DNA from: a virus
Lineage: Duplodnaviria > Caudoviricetes
Reading direction: 5' to 3' (one strand)
DNA length: 56,911 nt
Virus record (IMG/VR): IMGVR_UViG_3300023179_000128
Span: 1-56,911 of that record
In this document: positions 35,630 through 45,185 of the stretch, one piece after another
Layout: every line of letters begins with the position of its first letter
Numbering within the stretch: the first letter of the stretch is position 1
Made by a program: the position numbers and the translations under genes
The notes under the pieces: generated by a model
Told to the model about the DNA's origin: nothing
Database searches by the model: none
Seen by the model: the letters and a program-made list of their open reading frames with translations, nothing else

Positions 35630-36820
35630 ATGGCAAAAACGTCGAAAAAAACAAACGCAAGTGTTTCATTAAATGTTAATGAACTAAAAGATTTCTTGAA
35701 ACACATTATTGACAACAACCGTTACTTACAAGAAAATAGTAAGCCAATGGTTAGTACAGAAGTAATTGGTGATTCAGGTATTGGTAAAACATCAGCTATT
35801 GTTCAGTTAGCAGATGAGTTAGGATTGAATTTCGTTAAATTGAACCTTGCACAAATTGAGGAAATTGGTGACTTGGTTGGTTTTCCAATTAGACAATTCC
35901 AAATGAATGAAGGTAAAAAAACTGAATGGGTAGATGAGAATAGTGTTGAAGATTATAGAAAGAAAGGTTTTGAATCAACTGGTCTAAACCGTATGAGTTA
36001 TTGTCCACCAGAATGGATTAGTGGAAAATCTAATGGGGGTATTTTATTACTGGATGACTGGAATAGAGCTGATATGAGGTTTATTCAAGCTGTAATGGAG
36101 CTAATTGATAGACAACAATATATAAGTTGGAAATTGCCTAAAGATTGGCATATTATTTTAACCGCCAATCCTGATAATGGAGATTATTTAGTTAACAGTA
36201 TTGACAACGCTCAAAAAACGAGGTTTATTAGTGTTAATTTGAAATTTGATCTTAAATGTTGGGGTAAATGGGCTGAACAGTCTAAACTAGATGGCCGTTG
36301 TATTAACTTTATGTTGATGCATCCGGAACTAGTAACTAAAGAAGTTAACAGTAGAAGTGTTAGTATGTTCTTTAATAGTATTAGTTCACTTAAATCGTTT
36401 GAGGAGTCATTACCACTAATTCAAATGATTGGAGAAGGTTCAGTTGGTAGTGAGTTTAGTACTTTGTTTACAATGTTCATTAATAATAAATTGGATAAGA
36501 TGATTTCACCAGAAAACATCATAACACAAGATGAACAATATGTTATGAATACACTTAAAGGATTAGTTGGTAAAGATAAAGCTTATAGAGCAGATATTGC
36601 CTCAACATTAGGTACAAGGGTTGCTAACTATTTAGAGTTCTATGCTAAAGAAAATGCGGTTGAAAAACCACTTATTGAACGTATAAGTAAAATTGTTACC
36701 GAGAAAATATTTGCTACGGATGTAAGTTATAATATGGTTAAATCAATTTATAATAGTAATCCAGGTAAATTTAAATTGATGATGTTGAATAAAGAATTAG
36801 TAAAATATATAACTAAATAA
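35630..36820 (+). CDS. MoxR-like AAA+ ATPase
   Basis: GDSGIGKT, DLVGFP, LLLDDWNRA, ILTANP, AQKTRF. Confidence 0.88.
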   Translation: MAKTSKKTNASVSLNVNELKDFLKHIIDNNRYLQENSKPMVSTEVIGDSGIGKTSAIVQLADELGLNFVKLNLAQIEEIGDLVGFPIRQFQMNEGKKTEWVDENSVEDYRKKGFESTGLNRMSYCPPEWISGKSNGGILLLDDWNRADMRFIQAVMELIDRQQYISWKLPKDWHIILTANPDNGDYLVNSIDNAQKTRFISVNLKFDLKCWGKWAEQSKLDGRCINFMLMHPELVTKEVNSRSVSMFFNSISSLKSFEESLPLIQMIGEGSVGSEFSTLFTMFINNKLDKMISPENIITQDEQYVMNTLKGLVGKDKAYRADIASTLGTRVANYLEFYAKENAVEKPLIERISKIVTEKIFATDVSYNMVKSIYNSNPGKFKLMMLNKELVKYITK

Positions 36821-36822
36821 TT

Positions 36823-37125
36823 ATGAAATTACAACTAACAAAAACAACAGAATTAGAATTAAACCGTCTTAATAATATATATGGAGATGAAAAGTCACCA
36901 GAATATGATTATTGGGATAAAATGTCTGAATTAGAAAGACTAATTACAGACGCAGGAATGTATGTTGAAGGAGCGTATGAAGAAAATATATTTAATGACT
37001 TAAATGAATGGTGTAGGATTGTAGGTCCTATGGAATATCAACAAACATATCTTAACACACATCCTAATGTTGTTAGAGAGAAAATTGATAGAATGCTAAG
37101 AGAAAATATAATTCAAATAGTATGA
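36823..37125 (+). CDS. Hypothetical protein
   Basis: Packed ORF. Confidence 0.65.
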   Translation: MKLQLTKTTELELNRLNNIYGDEKSPEYDYWDKMSELERLITDAGMYVEGAYEENIFNDLNEWCRIVGPMEYQQTYLNTHPNVVREKIDRMLRENIIQIV

Positions 37126-37616
37126 AACCGTTAAAGAAAATAACACATGAAGATGCTCACTTCTATAAAGTGTTAGACAGTAATAAATTATCACCAGAAC
37201 AAGTTTGCGACAAAGCCACAGCGTTCACTTTGACTCCTGACCCGGTTAATCCGGGTTGGGACTTAGTGACTTACTATCAAGATAGTCCCTTAGATAGAGA
37301 TGGCAATTTAGTTCCTACCGAGTATGTTTATGTTCTAGTAAACAAATCAATGCCAGACATGGTTAAAATAGGAATGACAGTACGTGAAGTAGAAGAACGA
37401 GCAAAAGAAATTTCAGGAGCAACAGGTGTACCTACTCCATGGATACCAATTTATTCATTTAAATGTTTTAGCTCTTATAAACTAGAACAAGAAATTCATG
37501 AACATTTAGATGCAGTTCGTGTATCAGGTAATCGTGAAATGTTTTATATGCATTCAAAAGATGCTATTAGTATCGTTAATCAGTTGGGCGTTAAATACAC
37601 TATATCCCCGCTTTAA
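37122..37616 (+). CDS. GIY-YIG family (T5orf172-like) protein
   Basis: YVYVL...VKIGMT...ERAKEI...LEQEIH...REMF. Confidence 0.85.
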   Translation: MKPLKKITHEDAHFYKVLDSNKLSPEQVCDKATAFTLTPDPVNPGWDLVTYYQDSPLDRDGNLVPTEYVYVLVNKSMPDMVKIGMTVREVEERAKEISGATGVPTPWIPIYSFKCFSSYKLEQEIHEHLDAVRVSGNREMFYMHSKDAISIVNQLGVKYTISPL

Positions 37617-37782
37617 ACGGTTAAAAAATGATGTTCGTATATATTTATATAGAATCGCTTATCCACGTTAAATCCCGGGTAAAGGCCGTTGGAAATATTT
37701 GGTTGACCTCAATAAGTAAGTTTGGCCTCCCAGGATATTTTCCATATTTTTTATAAAATAGTAAATAAATTAATAATTACTT

Positions 37783-38118
37783 ATGAGTACTAAAGAGATG
37801 AAGGAAGTAAGAAATGGGAAGAGAGAGATAGGAGTTAGATTGTTAACATTAAGTAACTGTGATTACTGTACATGGCTGAAGAGTGAACTAGATGCAAAAG
37901 GGATATTCTACACTAACATTGACGCTGACCAATTTTCCGAATTCGCTGATGCAATCGAAGAAGAATATCAAACTGAAGTTTACCCAATTGTATTCCTTGA
38001 CTTAGGAAATGATGAAATAACTATTGTATCTGAAACGAGTTTGGAGACATCAAAAACATTACGTACATTTGACACAATACCACATTTAGTAGGTATTATA
38101 AAATCATATATAAAATGA
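37783..38118 (+). CDS. Glutaredoxin-like protein
   Basis: CDYC, VYPIV. Confidence 0.7.
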   Translation: MSTKEMKEVRNGKREIGVRLLTLSNCDYCTWLKSELDAKGIFYTNIDADQFSEFADAIEEEYQTEVYPIVFLDLGNDEITIVSETSLETSKTLRTFDTIPHLVGIIKSYIK

Positions 38119-38291
38119 GATATAAACAACCAGTCCAATATAAATTGGATCAATTAGAAAATATGTTAAACGGTTTTGGCTCTCGCTTCTCAGATCCTAA
38201 ATTTAATATTATGGAAGCTAAAGAAATGCTTTCAGTTATGAAAGATAAAATTGAAGAAATTAGATCATTGATCAATGGCGAAACTGAATAG
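38115..38291 (+). CDS. Small helical protein (58 aa), missing from ORF track
   Basis: MRYKQPVQYKLDQLENML...LINGETE*. Confidence 0.65.
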   Translation: MRYKQPVQYKLDQLENMLNGFGSRFSDPKFNIMEAKEMLSVMKDKIEEIRSLINGETE

Positions 38292-38814
38292 TAAATATAG
38301 AGATATAATTCAAACTATCCAGCTTAATCCTAAATTTATTTTAGGCGGCAGTTGTGCTTTACGTCTTTTAGATTTACTTGATCGTGAAACTGAAGATATA
38401 GATATTAACGTTACCCAGGCTTTAACTTTAGAAGATGTAAATATATTAGTTGAACAACATGGTTTCATTACTCCTAAAATAGAAGTAATAAATCAATCAA
38501 CTAATGAACTTGAAATACAACCACAACCACTTTCTCTATTGCCTAATTATCATCATATTAAATTAGAGAAAGATGGTGTTGTGATTGATATTTTTAATCA
38601 TGTAGAACTTGATAATAAAATATTAGGTGTTGAACCTAAAGACCAAATTATGGTTATTGATGGTATTAAAGTATTACACCCATTACTAGTCATTTTCTTT
38701 AAAACAAGATCTGTGTTATTAAAAACACCAGATAATATTACATATAAAGGAATAGAAGACCTAAAAACAATATTCACTAACCCAGATCAATTATTAAAAT
38801 ATAAGTTATGTTAA
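38275..38814 (+). CDS. Nucleotidyltransferase-fold protein
   Basis: FILGGSCAL...RETEDIDI...IDIF...K...KGIED. Confidence 0.65.
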   Translation: MAKLNSKYRDIIQTIQLNPKFILGGSCALRLLDLLDRETEDIDINVTQALTLEDVNILVEQHGFITPKIEVINQSTNELEIQPQPLSLLPNYHHIKLEKDGVVIDIFNHVELDNKILGVEPKDQIMVIDGIKVLHPLLVIFFKTRSVLLKTPDNITYKGIEDLKTIFTNPDQLLKYKLC

Positions 38815-39584
38815 CACCAGAACAAATTCAAAAGAATTGGCAACAGTTTGAGTTTTATATTAAACATTATATCAGTCAAGAACGAGCTGATAAATTATGG
38901 GCGTTCTATAAGAAATATGAAGACCGCTTTGTAATGATGCCCGCGTCTCATAAGTCACAATACCACAACTGTTTTCCAGGTGGATATATTGATCACGTAA
39001 ATCGTGTTGTTGAAGCAGCTCTTAAAATAGATAATGTATGGAGAGAAATGGGTATGGTTGATACTTATACAACCGAAGAACTAGTATTTTCAGCTATTAA
39101 TCATGACTTAGGTAAGTTTGGAGATGAGCAAAACGAGTCATATATTGAACAGACAGATCAATGGAGACGAGATAAACTAAACGAAACTTATATGTTTAAC
39201 GATCGTTTAGAATATATGACAGTACCTGATCGTGGTTTATTCTTATTAATGACTAATGGTATTGAATATAATAAAAATGAATTCTTAGCAATTAGAACTC
39301 ATGATGGTTTATATGAAGATGCTAATAAAGCTTATTTGATGGGTTTCACACCTGAAACTAAACCACGAACTTCAATTATGTTTGTTCTACATCAGGCTGA
39401 CTTATTGGCTGCTCGTATTGAATTTGAAAAAGAATGGTTACCTAAATTATTAGGACCACGTGTTGAAAAACCTACTAAAGAAACTAATTTTAAACTAAAT
39501 AAAAACGCTAACCCATTAATCAAACAAAAGGCATTAAAGAAATTGTCTAACCCAGGTTTAGCGGATTTAATGAAAAACATATAA
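38808..39584 (+). CDS. HD-domain phosphohydrolase
   Basis: PASH...YH...GGYIDH, NHDLGK, THDG, LHQAD. Confidence 0.85.
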   Translation: MLTPEQIQKNWQQFEFYIKHYISQERADKLWAFYKKYEDRFVMMPASHKSQYHNCFPGGYIDHVNRVVEAALKIDNVWREMGMVDTYTTEELVFSAINHDLGKFGDEQNESYIEQTDQWRRDKLNETYMFNDRLEYMTVPDRGLFLLMTNGIEYNKNEFLAIRTHDGLYEDANKAYLMGFTPETKPRTSIMFVLHQADLLAARIEFEKEWLPKLLGPRVEKPTKETNFKLNKNANPLIKQKALKKLSNPGLADLMKNI

Positions 39585-39585
39585 T

Positions 39586-39858
39586 ATGATATTAGGAATT
39601 ATTTCAATTATTTTATGGGTAGCAACAGTTGTAGGCTATATTATTTGGAATTTAAATCAAAAAGTAGCTAAACTAGAAGCAATTGCTACTAAACAACAAA
39701 TTATTATTGACAGTGTAGCCGCTATAGTTGAAGAATCAAACAAACAATTAACCCAAGCTGACTTAACTGAGGCATTTAAAGCGGATGACCAGATTGGTTT
39801 CTTCTTCCGTAACCTTCAGAATATACAAGATTCATTAACTCACTATCTTAAAAATTAA
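39586..39858 (+). CDS. Membrane-anchored hypothetical protein
   Basis: N-terminal TM helix. Confidence 0.65.
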   Translation: MILGIISIILWVATVVGYIIWNLNQKVAKLEAIATKQQIIIDSVAAIVEESNKQLTQADLTEAFKADDQIGFFFRNLQNIQDSLTHYLKN

Positions 39859-39859
39859 T

Positions 39860-40618
39860 ATGGCTGAAGAAGAAGTATTACTTACTAAGAAAGGGACTGT
39901 CCGTAAACGAAAACCAAAAAAAGCAAATGTCTATTTTACCCAAGACACTGAAGATGCTATCTTAGAGTATTTAAAATCAAAAAATACTAAGAAACGAAAT
40001 CAAATATTTAACGAAAGAATTAACTATGCGTTTCATAAACTGGCTGAGAATATCATTCATACTTTTAAGTTTTACTATACAGAGGTGGATACAATTCCTG
40101 AGTTACAACATGAAGTAGTAGCATTTTTATTAGAGAAATTACACTTATATAAACAAGAAAAAGGTAAAGCATTTTCTTATTTTGGCACAATTACTAAGCG
40201 TTATTTAATATTATACAACAACGCTAATTATAAGAAACTAAAAGATAGAGCGCCTGTAGAGGCAGCAGATGAAGATAAGACAATATTAGTAGATCTAGTT
40301 AAAAATAGTGAAGCAGATGGTGATCAAGTTTATGAGACATCTTCATTCCTGAAACAGTTTACCAAATATGTTGACGCTAAGTTATTTGATTTATTTCCAA
40401 AACAACGTGATGCTCAAATAGCAGATGCTATAATGGAATTATTTAGAAAAAATGAAAATATTGATATCTTTAATAAAAAGGCATTATACATCTATATTAA
40501 AGAAATAACAGATGCATCAACCCCTCAAATAACTAAGATTATTAAGCGTTTAAAAGTAGTATACGTTAAAAAATATAATGAATATTATGAACATGGTCAT
40601 GTAACTATGGCTAATTAA
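39860..40618 (+). CDS. Phage sigma factor for late transcription (T4 gp55-like)
   Basis: YFTQDTEDAILEY, KLAENII, EKGKAFSYFGTITKRYLI resemble gp55 region 2; directly upstream of structural genes. Confidence 0.7.
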   Translation: MAEEEVLLTKKGTVRKRKPKKANVYFTQDTEDAILEYLKSKNTKKRNQIFNERINYAFHKLAENIIHTFKFYYTEVDTIPELQHEVVAFLLEKLHLYKQEKGKAFSYFGTITKRYLILYNNANYKKLKDRAPVEAADEDKTILVDLVKNSEADGDQVYETSSFLKQFTKYVDAKLFDLFPKQRDAQIADAIMELFRKNENIDIFNKKALYIYIKEITDASTPQITKIIKRLKVVYVKKYNEYYEHGHVTMAN

Positions 40619-40633
40619 CTCTTTCTACTCTCC

Positions 40634-40642
40634 ATATTTATA
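40634..40642 (+). promoter_or_regulatory. Putative late promoter ATATTTATA
   Basis: Before first structural-module gene; TATTTATA core also at 7803, 18398, 23328, 24089, 37642. Confidence 0.55.
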
Positions 40643-40663
40643 TATAACATTATATAACATAAT

Positions 40664-41023
40664 ATGGATTTTAATCAAGTTTTATTTAAAGACAAGACTT
40701 TCGCTAGTTTACTTGAAGACATATACAAGAACGCTGGACGTAAAGAAAAAGAAATTAAAGCATTAATCGATCAACTGAAGCCTATGATACAGGAACCAGG
40801 TGACGCGATGATGCTTGTTCCTTTGTTAAAGGAATATATGGAATTAGCAATTAAGAATGATGATGCCTTAATTAAAATGGCAGGTATTGTTCAACGTGCT
40901 ATGTCCAACTCAAGTGAAGGTAGTGATAGTGGAATGTTAAGTGATCGTGATAAAGAATTGTTATTCCAAGAAATTAACAATACTGGTCAAAACATTGAAG
41001 TAAAACAAATAGGAAATGGGTAA
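40664..41023 (+). CDS. Hypothetical helical late protein
   Basis: After TATTTATA motif. Confidence 0.65.
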   Translation: MDFNQVLFKDKTFASLLEDIYKNAGRKEKEIKALIDQLKPMIQEPGDAMMLVPLLKEYMELAIKNDDALIKMAGIVQRAMSNSSEGSDSGMLSDRDKELLFQEINNTGQNIEVKQIGNG

Positions 41024-41480
41024 AGAAAACAGTATAACAACAGGTACAACTAGAGCTCGTAGAGTAGCAGGATTATCTAATTCATCTACTTTATCTTCTA
41101 TATTACCTACATCATCACAGAACTATGGTATTGTTCAAGCTGTTAACCCCACAACTAGAGAAATTAGATACACCCCTATTATAAACAACTTAGCTTCAAA
41201 CAAAACAGGAGCAGCTATTCCTAAATCAACAAATATGGTTCATTTACCTAAACCAGGATATGTAGTTCGTCTTGAAGTAGGACCTAATACAGATATAACA
41301 GTTCCTGGTTCATCAGGTGCAAATGTTGTTTATTATGATCCTAATCCTGTTGGTATATGGGGCTCAATAGATGATAATAAGGTTGAAGTAGCTCCTTCAA
41401 AATCTCCAGCCACTCCAGTATCAGATTTAAGTTTAAAAAATATTAATCAAGCTCAAATAGGTATTCCTAATGGTGGATAA
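41016..41480 (+). CDS. Putative baseplate hub/spike N-terminal (OB-fold-like) fragment
   Basis: YGIVQAV...LPKPGYVV; context. Confidence 0.4.
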   Translation: MGKENSITTGTTRARRVAGLSNSSTLSSILPTSSQNYGIVQAVNPTTREIRYTPIINNLASNKTGAAIPKSTNMVHLPKPGYVVRLEVGPNTDITVPGSSGANVVYYDPNPVGIWGSIDDNKVEVAPSKSPATPVSDLSLKNINQAQIGIPNGG

Positions 41481-42696
41481 AATATATCCTTTTAATATTA
41501 ACCCAACAGATATTCTTATTCAAAATGAGAATGGAGGAGGTATGCTAATGAATGATCAATTTGTTAGTATTGTAAGTAATATGTTATCTGATGAGAAAAA
41601 ATTATTAGATGGACAAAATAATACTGATGCGGTTAATGTTCAAACAAATAAATTTTCAAGTGGAATTTTTATAACCAATGGAAATAATGAAAACCCAACA
41701 TCAGTAAATGATTTAGCAAGTAATAACTTTGACTCATTATCACCAGCTAATGATAATGTAGTTCTTCCTAATCAAAATATAATACCTACTCCATCAATTA
41801 GTATATTAACTACCCCAACCCCCCAACCAACACCTCAAACAACACCACAACCAAGTCCATCACCATTAACTTCTGAAGAAATAGAAGAAGGACTTTATGA
41901 AGCTAATTTTTTACCTGCTCAAGAAGCACCAGGATTTACAATATATGAGTTCATTGATGTAACAAATAATGATAATGATATTATTACTTTTAATGATTTA
42001 ACTGAAATTAATAAAATTGAAAATCAAATCAGAGTAAAAAATGGACAACCACCCGTACCTCCAGTTAAAAAAACAGGAACTGTAGTATCACTTATTTCAA
42101 ATAATGATCCTACATATGGTAATTTAGGTGATTTATATTATTATCCAACATCATTGTATAATCAAAATGATTCAAGTTGGGGTAGTTTAAATAGTGGACT
42201 AAAAATGAGTAGTCATGGATGTGCTTATAACACAACATGTATGTTATTAGGTAATGCTACTAAAGATCCTAATAAATGTACTCCATTAAATATATGGAAT
42301 AATGGAAACAAATCTGTAATGGTATATTGGGATAAAATGGCAGCTACTGTTAACAAAAAAATAACTTTAACTCAAGGTAGTATGGCTCAAATTGATAAAA
42401 TATTACAAACTAAACCAGTTGGTTTTGAATGGTATGGTGGTATAATATATAAAAATAAAGGATGGGATAAAGGATATAATTTGTATAAAGGAAATGTAAA
42501 AGTTAGCCCTAGTGGAAAAAAAGTAACTACTAAAGGTATAAGTTATACATCTTCAAAACAACACTGGATGGTAATAACTGGTAAAAATTCAGATGGAACA
42601 TATACAATATTTGATCCTGCTGGTGGTGTGATTAGAAAAAATCAAACAACTGAACATATAGAAGCTGGATTAAATAGAATTATTTATATCAATTAA
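41470..42696 (+). CDS. Baseplate-associated protein with C-terminal C39-like cysteine peptidase
   Basis: YNQND..W, HGCAY, QHWMVITG, IFDPA; Pro/Thr linker. Confidence 0.65.
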   Translation: MVDKIYPFNINPTDILIQNENGGGMLMNDQFVSIVSNMLSDEKKLLDGQNNTDAVNVQTNKFSSGIFITNGNNENPTSVNDLASNNFDSLSPANDNVVLPNQNIIPTPSISILTTPTPQPTPQTTPQPSPSPLTSEEIEEGLYEANFLPAQEAPGFTIYEFIDVTNNDNDIITFNDLTEINKIENQIRVKNGQPPVPPVKKTGTVVSLISNNDPTYGNLGDLYYYPTSLYNQNDSSWGSLNSGLKMSSHGCAYNTTCMLLGNATKDPNKCTPLNIWNNGNKSVMVYWDKMAATVNKKITLTQGSMAQIDKILQTKPVGFEWYGGIIYKNKGWDKGYNLYKGNVKVSPSGKKVTTKGISYTSSKQHWMVITGKNSDGTYTIFDPAGGVIRKNQTTEHIEAGLNRIIYIN

Positions 42697-42706
42697 AAAT
42701 TAACAA

Positions 42707-43159
42707 ATGGCAGCTAATGACATAAAACAACATACTGGAGAACAAATAATTTTATCATCAGGACGTTTAGTTCTTAATTCACGCTCTAATGATGTTTATT
42801 TAAATTCTAAACGCTATATTAACTTATCAGCGGGTGATAAAGTAACAATTGATGTTGGTGCTATAGATAGTGATAATGAGGAAAATATGTTTTTAGTTAA
42901 TGCTCCTAGAGTACAATTTGGATTAGATAAAAATGGAGTTGCTGAACCTATAGTTAAAGGTGAACAATTAGATCAAATAATAACTCAATTAATGGAAGCA
43001 ATTTCTACTTATACTGATATGGTCCAATCAGCAGCTCTAACACCAGGACCAATTATGTCCGCTATGTTAGGACCTGCTAACTCATTTTTGAAAAGTAGAT
43101 TTCAACAGATAAAATATAATTTAGATAATTTTAAATCAACTAATTCCTTTACAATATAA
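42707..43159 (+). CDS. Putative baseplate spike C-terminal protein
   Basis: GEQIILSSGRLVLNS, EPIVKGEQL. Confidence 0.5.
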   Translation: MAANDIKQHTGEQIILSSGRLVLNSRSNDVYLNSKRYINLSAGDKVTIDVGAIDSDNEENMFLVNAPRVQFGLDKNGVAEPIVKGEQLDQIITQLMEAISTYTDMVQSAALTPGPIMSAMLGPANSFLKSRFQQIKYNLDNFKSTNSFTI

Positions 43160-44271
43160 TGGCTGTAGGAGATAACATATCAAATATAAATTCCCAAGCT
43201 ACTGAAGCAGCTAATAAAGCTAAAGAAAAAGCAGCTCAAGCGGCGGCCGCAGCGGCTACAGTAGCCGCTACAGCACGCGCTGCTCAAAAGAAAGCTAAAG
43301 AATTAGCTGATAAAGCTAAAAAAGTAAAAGAAGTAGCTGAAAAACAAAAAGAAAAAGCAGCACAATTAAAAAAATCATTATCTGATAAAAAGAATTTTTT
43401 AAAGGATCAAACAAAAATAAGTCCTGCTGACGCTAAAGCAGCGGTTATGTCTGCTGTTTTACCAATATTAATGAAATTTATTGACGCTGAAAAAGCAGCT
43501 AACTTATTAATAAATTCACTCATTAATGATACAAAAACTAAATTAAAAAATAAAGGACGTGTTGTGGTTGTAGATGGTGCTATTACTTTTATTCCAAAAG
43601 ATAAAGCTAATTATGATCAGTTTAAAGCAGATTTTGAACGTAAAGTTAACCGATTAAAAGCAACAATAAAAATTCTTAAAGACGCTATTAATCTTTTAAT
43701 GACAATACTTAAAGTAGTTAAAGCAGCTGTTGTTGCTTTTAAAGTATATGCTAAAATATTACAAATAAAATTAAAGATTCAAGCGGCAGCTTCAGCGGCG
43801 GAATTAGCATCACCATCTCCATCTAAACCTATAACAATTAAATATCTTATATCTAAACAAACATATGATGATGTTATAGTTCCTTTAAATGAAAAGATAA
43901 CTAATTATGGTTTAATTGCTTTATCAATCTCTTCAATATTAAAAGTATATCAAAGAATAATTAATAATATTAAAGTAAAATTAGATACTTTAAAATTAAC
44001 TATTGTAACTTCATCAAGTAATGATAACGCGTTAGCAGTAGCTAGTGGGTTAACTAATATAATTGATCAAACAACTAATGATGAATTAACAGATACTGAA
44101 TATAGTAATGGAGAACAAACATATATTATTAGAGTAATAACAACACCATCAGGTGCTTTACAAGCTGTAGCATATGATTCATTTACTAACCTAAAAATAA
44201 CTCAAACAGCTCCAAGTAAATTTCGCAAAGCTGATGAATTAATTGACGAACTTAAACAAATACTAGGATAA
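43159..44271 (+). CDS. Ala/Lys-rich coiled-coil protein
   Basis: Composition; structural module context. Confidence 0.6.
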   Translation: MAVGDNISNINSQATEAANKAKEKAAQAAAAAATVAATARAAQKKAKELADKAKKVKEVAEKQKEKAAQLKKSLSDKKNFLKDQTKISPADAKAAVMSAVLPILMKFIDAEKAANLLINSLINDTKTKLKNKGRVVVVDGAITFIPKDKANYDQFKADFERKVNRLKATIKILKDAINLLMTILKVVKAAVVAFKVYAKILQIKLKIQAAASAAELASPSPSKPITIKYLISKQTYDDVIVPLNEKITNYGLIALSISSILKVYQRIINNIKVKLDTLKLTIVTSSSNDNALAVASGLTNIIDQTTNDELTDTEYSNGEQTYIIRVITTPSGALQAVAYDSFTNLKITQTAPSKFRKADELIDELKQILG

Positions 44272-44275
44272 TAAA

Positions 44276-44284
44276 ATATTTATA
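44276..44284 (+). promoter_or_regulatory. Putative late promoter ATATTTATA
   Basis: Intergenic, before 44288. Confidence 0.5.
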
Positions 44285-44287
44285 AAC

Positions 44288-44764
44288 ATGAAAGCCGATA
44301 CTTTTATAAAATTATTACGAAAAGTTGTACGTGAAGAAGTACAACAAGTTGTGCGTGAAGAATTAGGTCTTATATTAGAAACACCTAAATCTGAAAAAAC
44401 TATAGCAGAAACAATAAAACCTGCTGTAAAAAATTCAATGGTTGAATCAATCAAACCAGTGAAACCAATACAACCAACTAAATCAATGGGATTTACTAAT
44501 AACAACGTTTTAAATGACATTTTAAATGAGACAGCTAACGGTAGTGAATGGCGCTCAGTAGTTGATGCAACGTCTCAAATAGCGCCTAATTTTGGTCCTA
44601 TGAACGGAGCTTATAGTGGGATAACAGAAACAACTGTAGTAAACAGTGTAGACCAAATGTTATCGTCAGCTAGACCCGCTGGAGATGTTACACATGTTAA
44701 AATAGATGCGGTCCCTGATTTTAGTGCGTTAATGAGTAAAATGAAAGAAAAAGGACAAATATAA
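44288..44764 (+). CDS. Hypothetical late protein
   Basis: KVVREEV repeats; after TATTTATA. Confidence 0.65.
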   Translation: MKADTFIKLLRKVVREEVQQVVREELGLILETPKSEKTIAETIKPAVKNSMVESIKPVKPIQPTKSMGFTNNNVLNDILNETANGSEWRSVVDATSQIAPNFGPMNGAYSGITETTVVNSVDQMLSSARPAGDVTHVKIDAVPDFSALMSKMKEKGQI

Positions 44765-45183
44765 TGTTAAAAAGACCTACATATACTTTAAATCCTATAG
44801 ATATCGGACAAAAACGAGGTATTGGAATTAATGTACTTTTTAATAATGATACTAGTGTATTTAATCAAACATTTACTACTAAAGAACAAGTTAAAGCTAA
44901 TTTGATTAATTATATATTAACAAATAAAGGTGAACGTTTCTTTGATCCAACATTTGGTGGTGATTTAAGAGCATCTTTATTTGAACCAGATTCATCATTT
45001 GATTCTGTAGCAGCTAGATTAGAAAATGAGATATATGCTTATGTACCTAATATTATAATTAGAAATATTATAATTACACCATACTCAGATAGTAATTTAG
45101 TGAGTATAACTTTAGATTACTCTATTAATAACCAACAAGATAATTTAGTAATAAATTTATCTACAACTGATTTAACTCAATAA
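44764..45183 (+). CDS. gp25: Baseplate wedge subunit (gp25-like)
   Basis: NLINYILTNKGERFFDPTFG. Confidence 0.88.
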   Translation: MLKRPTYTLNPIDIGQKRGIGINVLFNNDTSVFNQTFTTKEQVKANLINYILTNKGERFFDPTFGGDLRASLFEPDSSFDSVAARLENEIYAYVPNIIIRNIIITPYSDSNLVSITLDYSINNQQDNLVINLSTTDLTQ

Positions 45184-45185
45184 GA

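Noticed and set aside
37659-37667. DnaA-box-like TTATCCACG
   Set aside because: Single imperfect copy with no cluster
43251-43269. Perfect inverted repeat AGCGGCTAC-A-GTAGCCGCT
   Set aside because: Lies in a poly-Ala coding run where GCN codons readily create self-complementarity
1890-44520. All minus-strand ORFs in the track
   Set aside because: They are mostly antisense shadows of well-supported + strand genes and show no recognisable motifs
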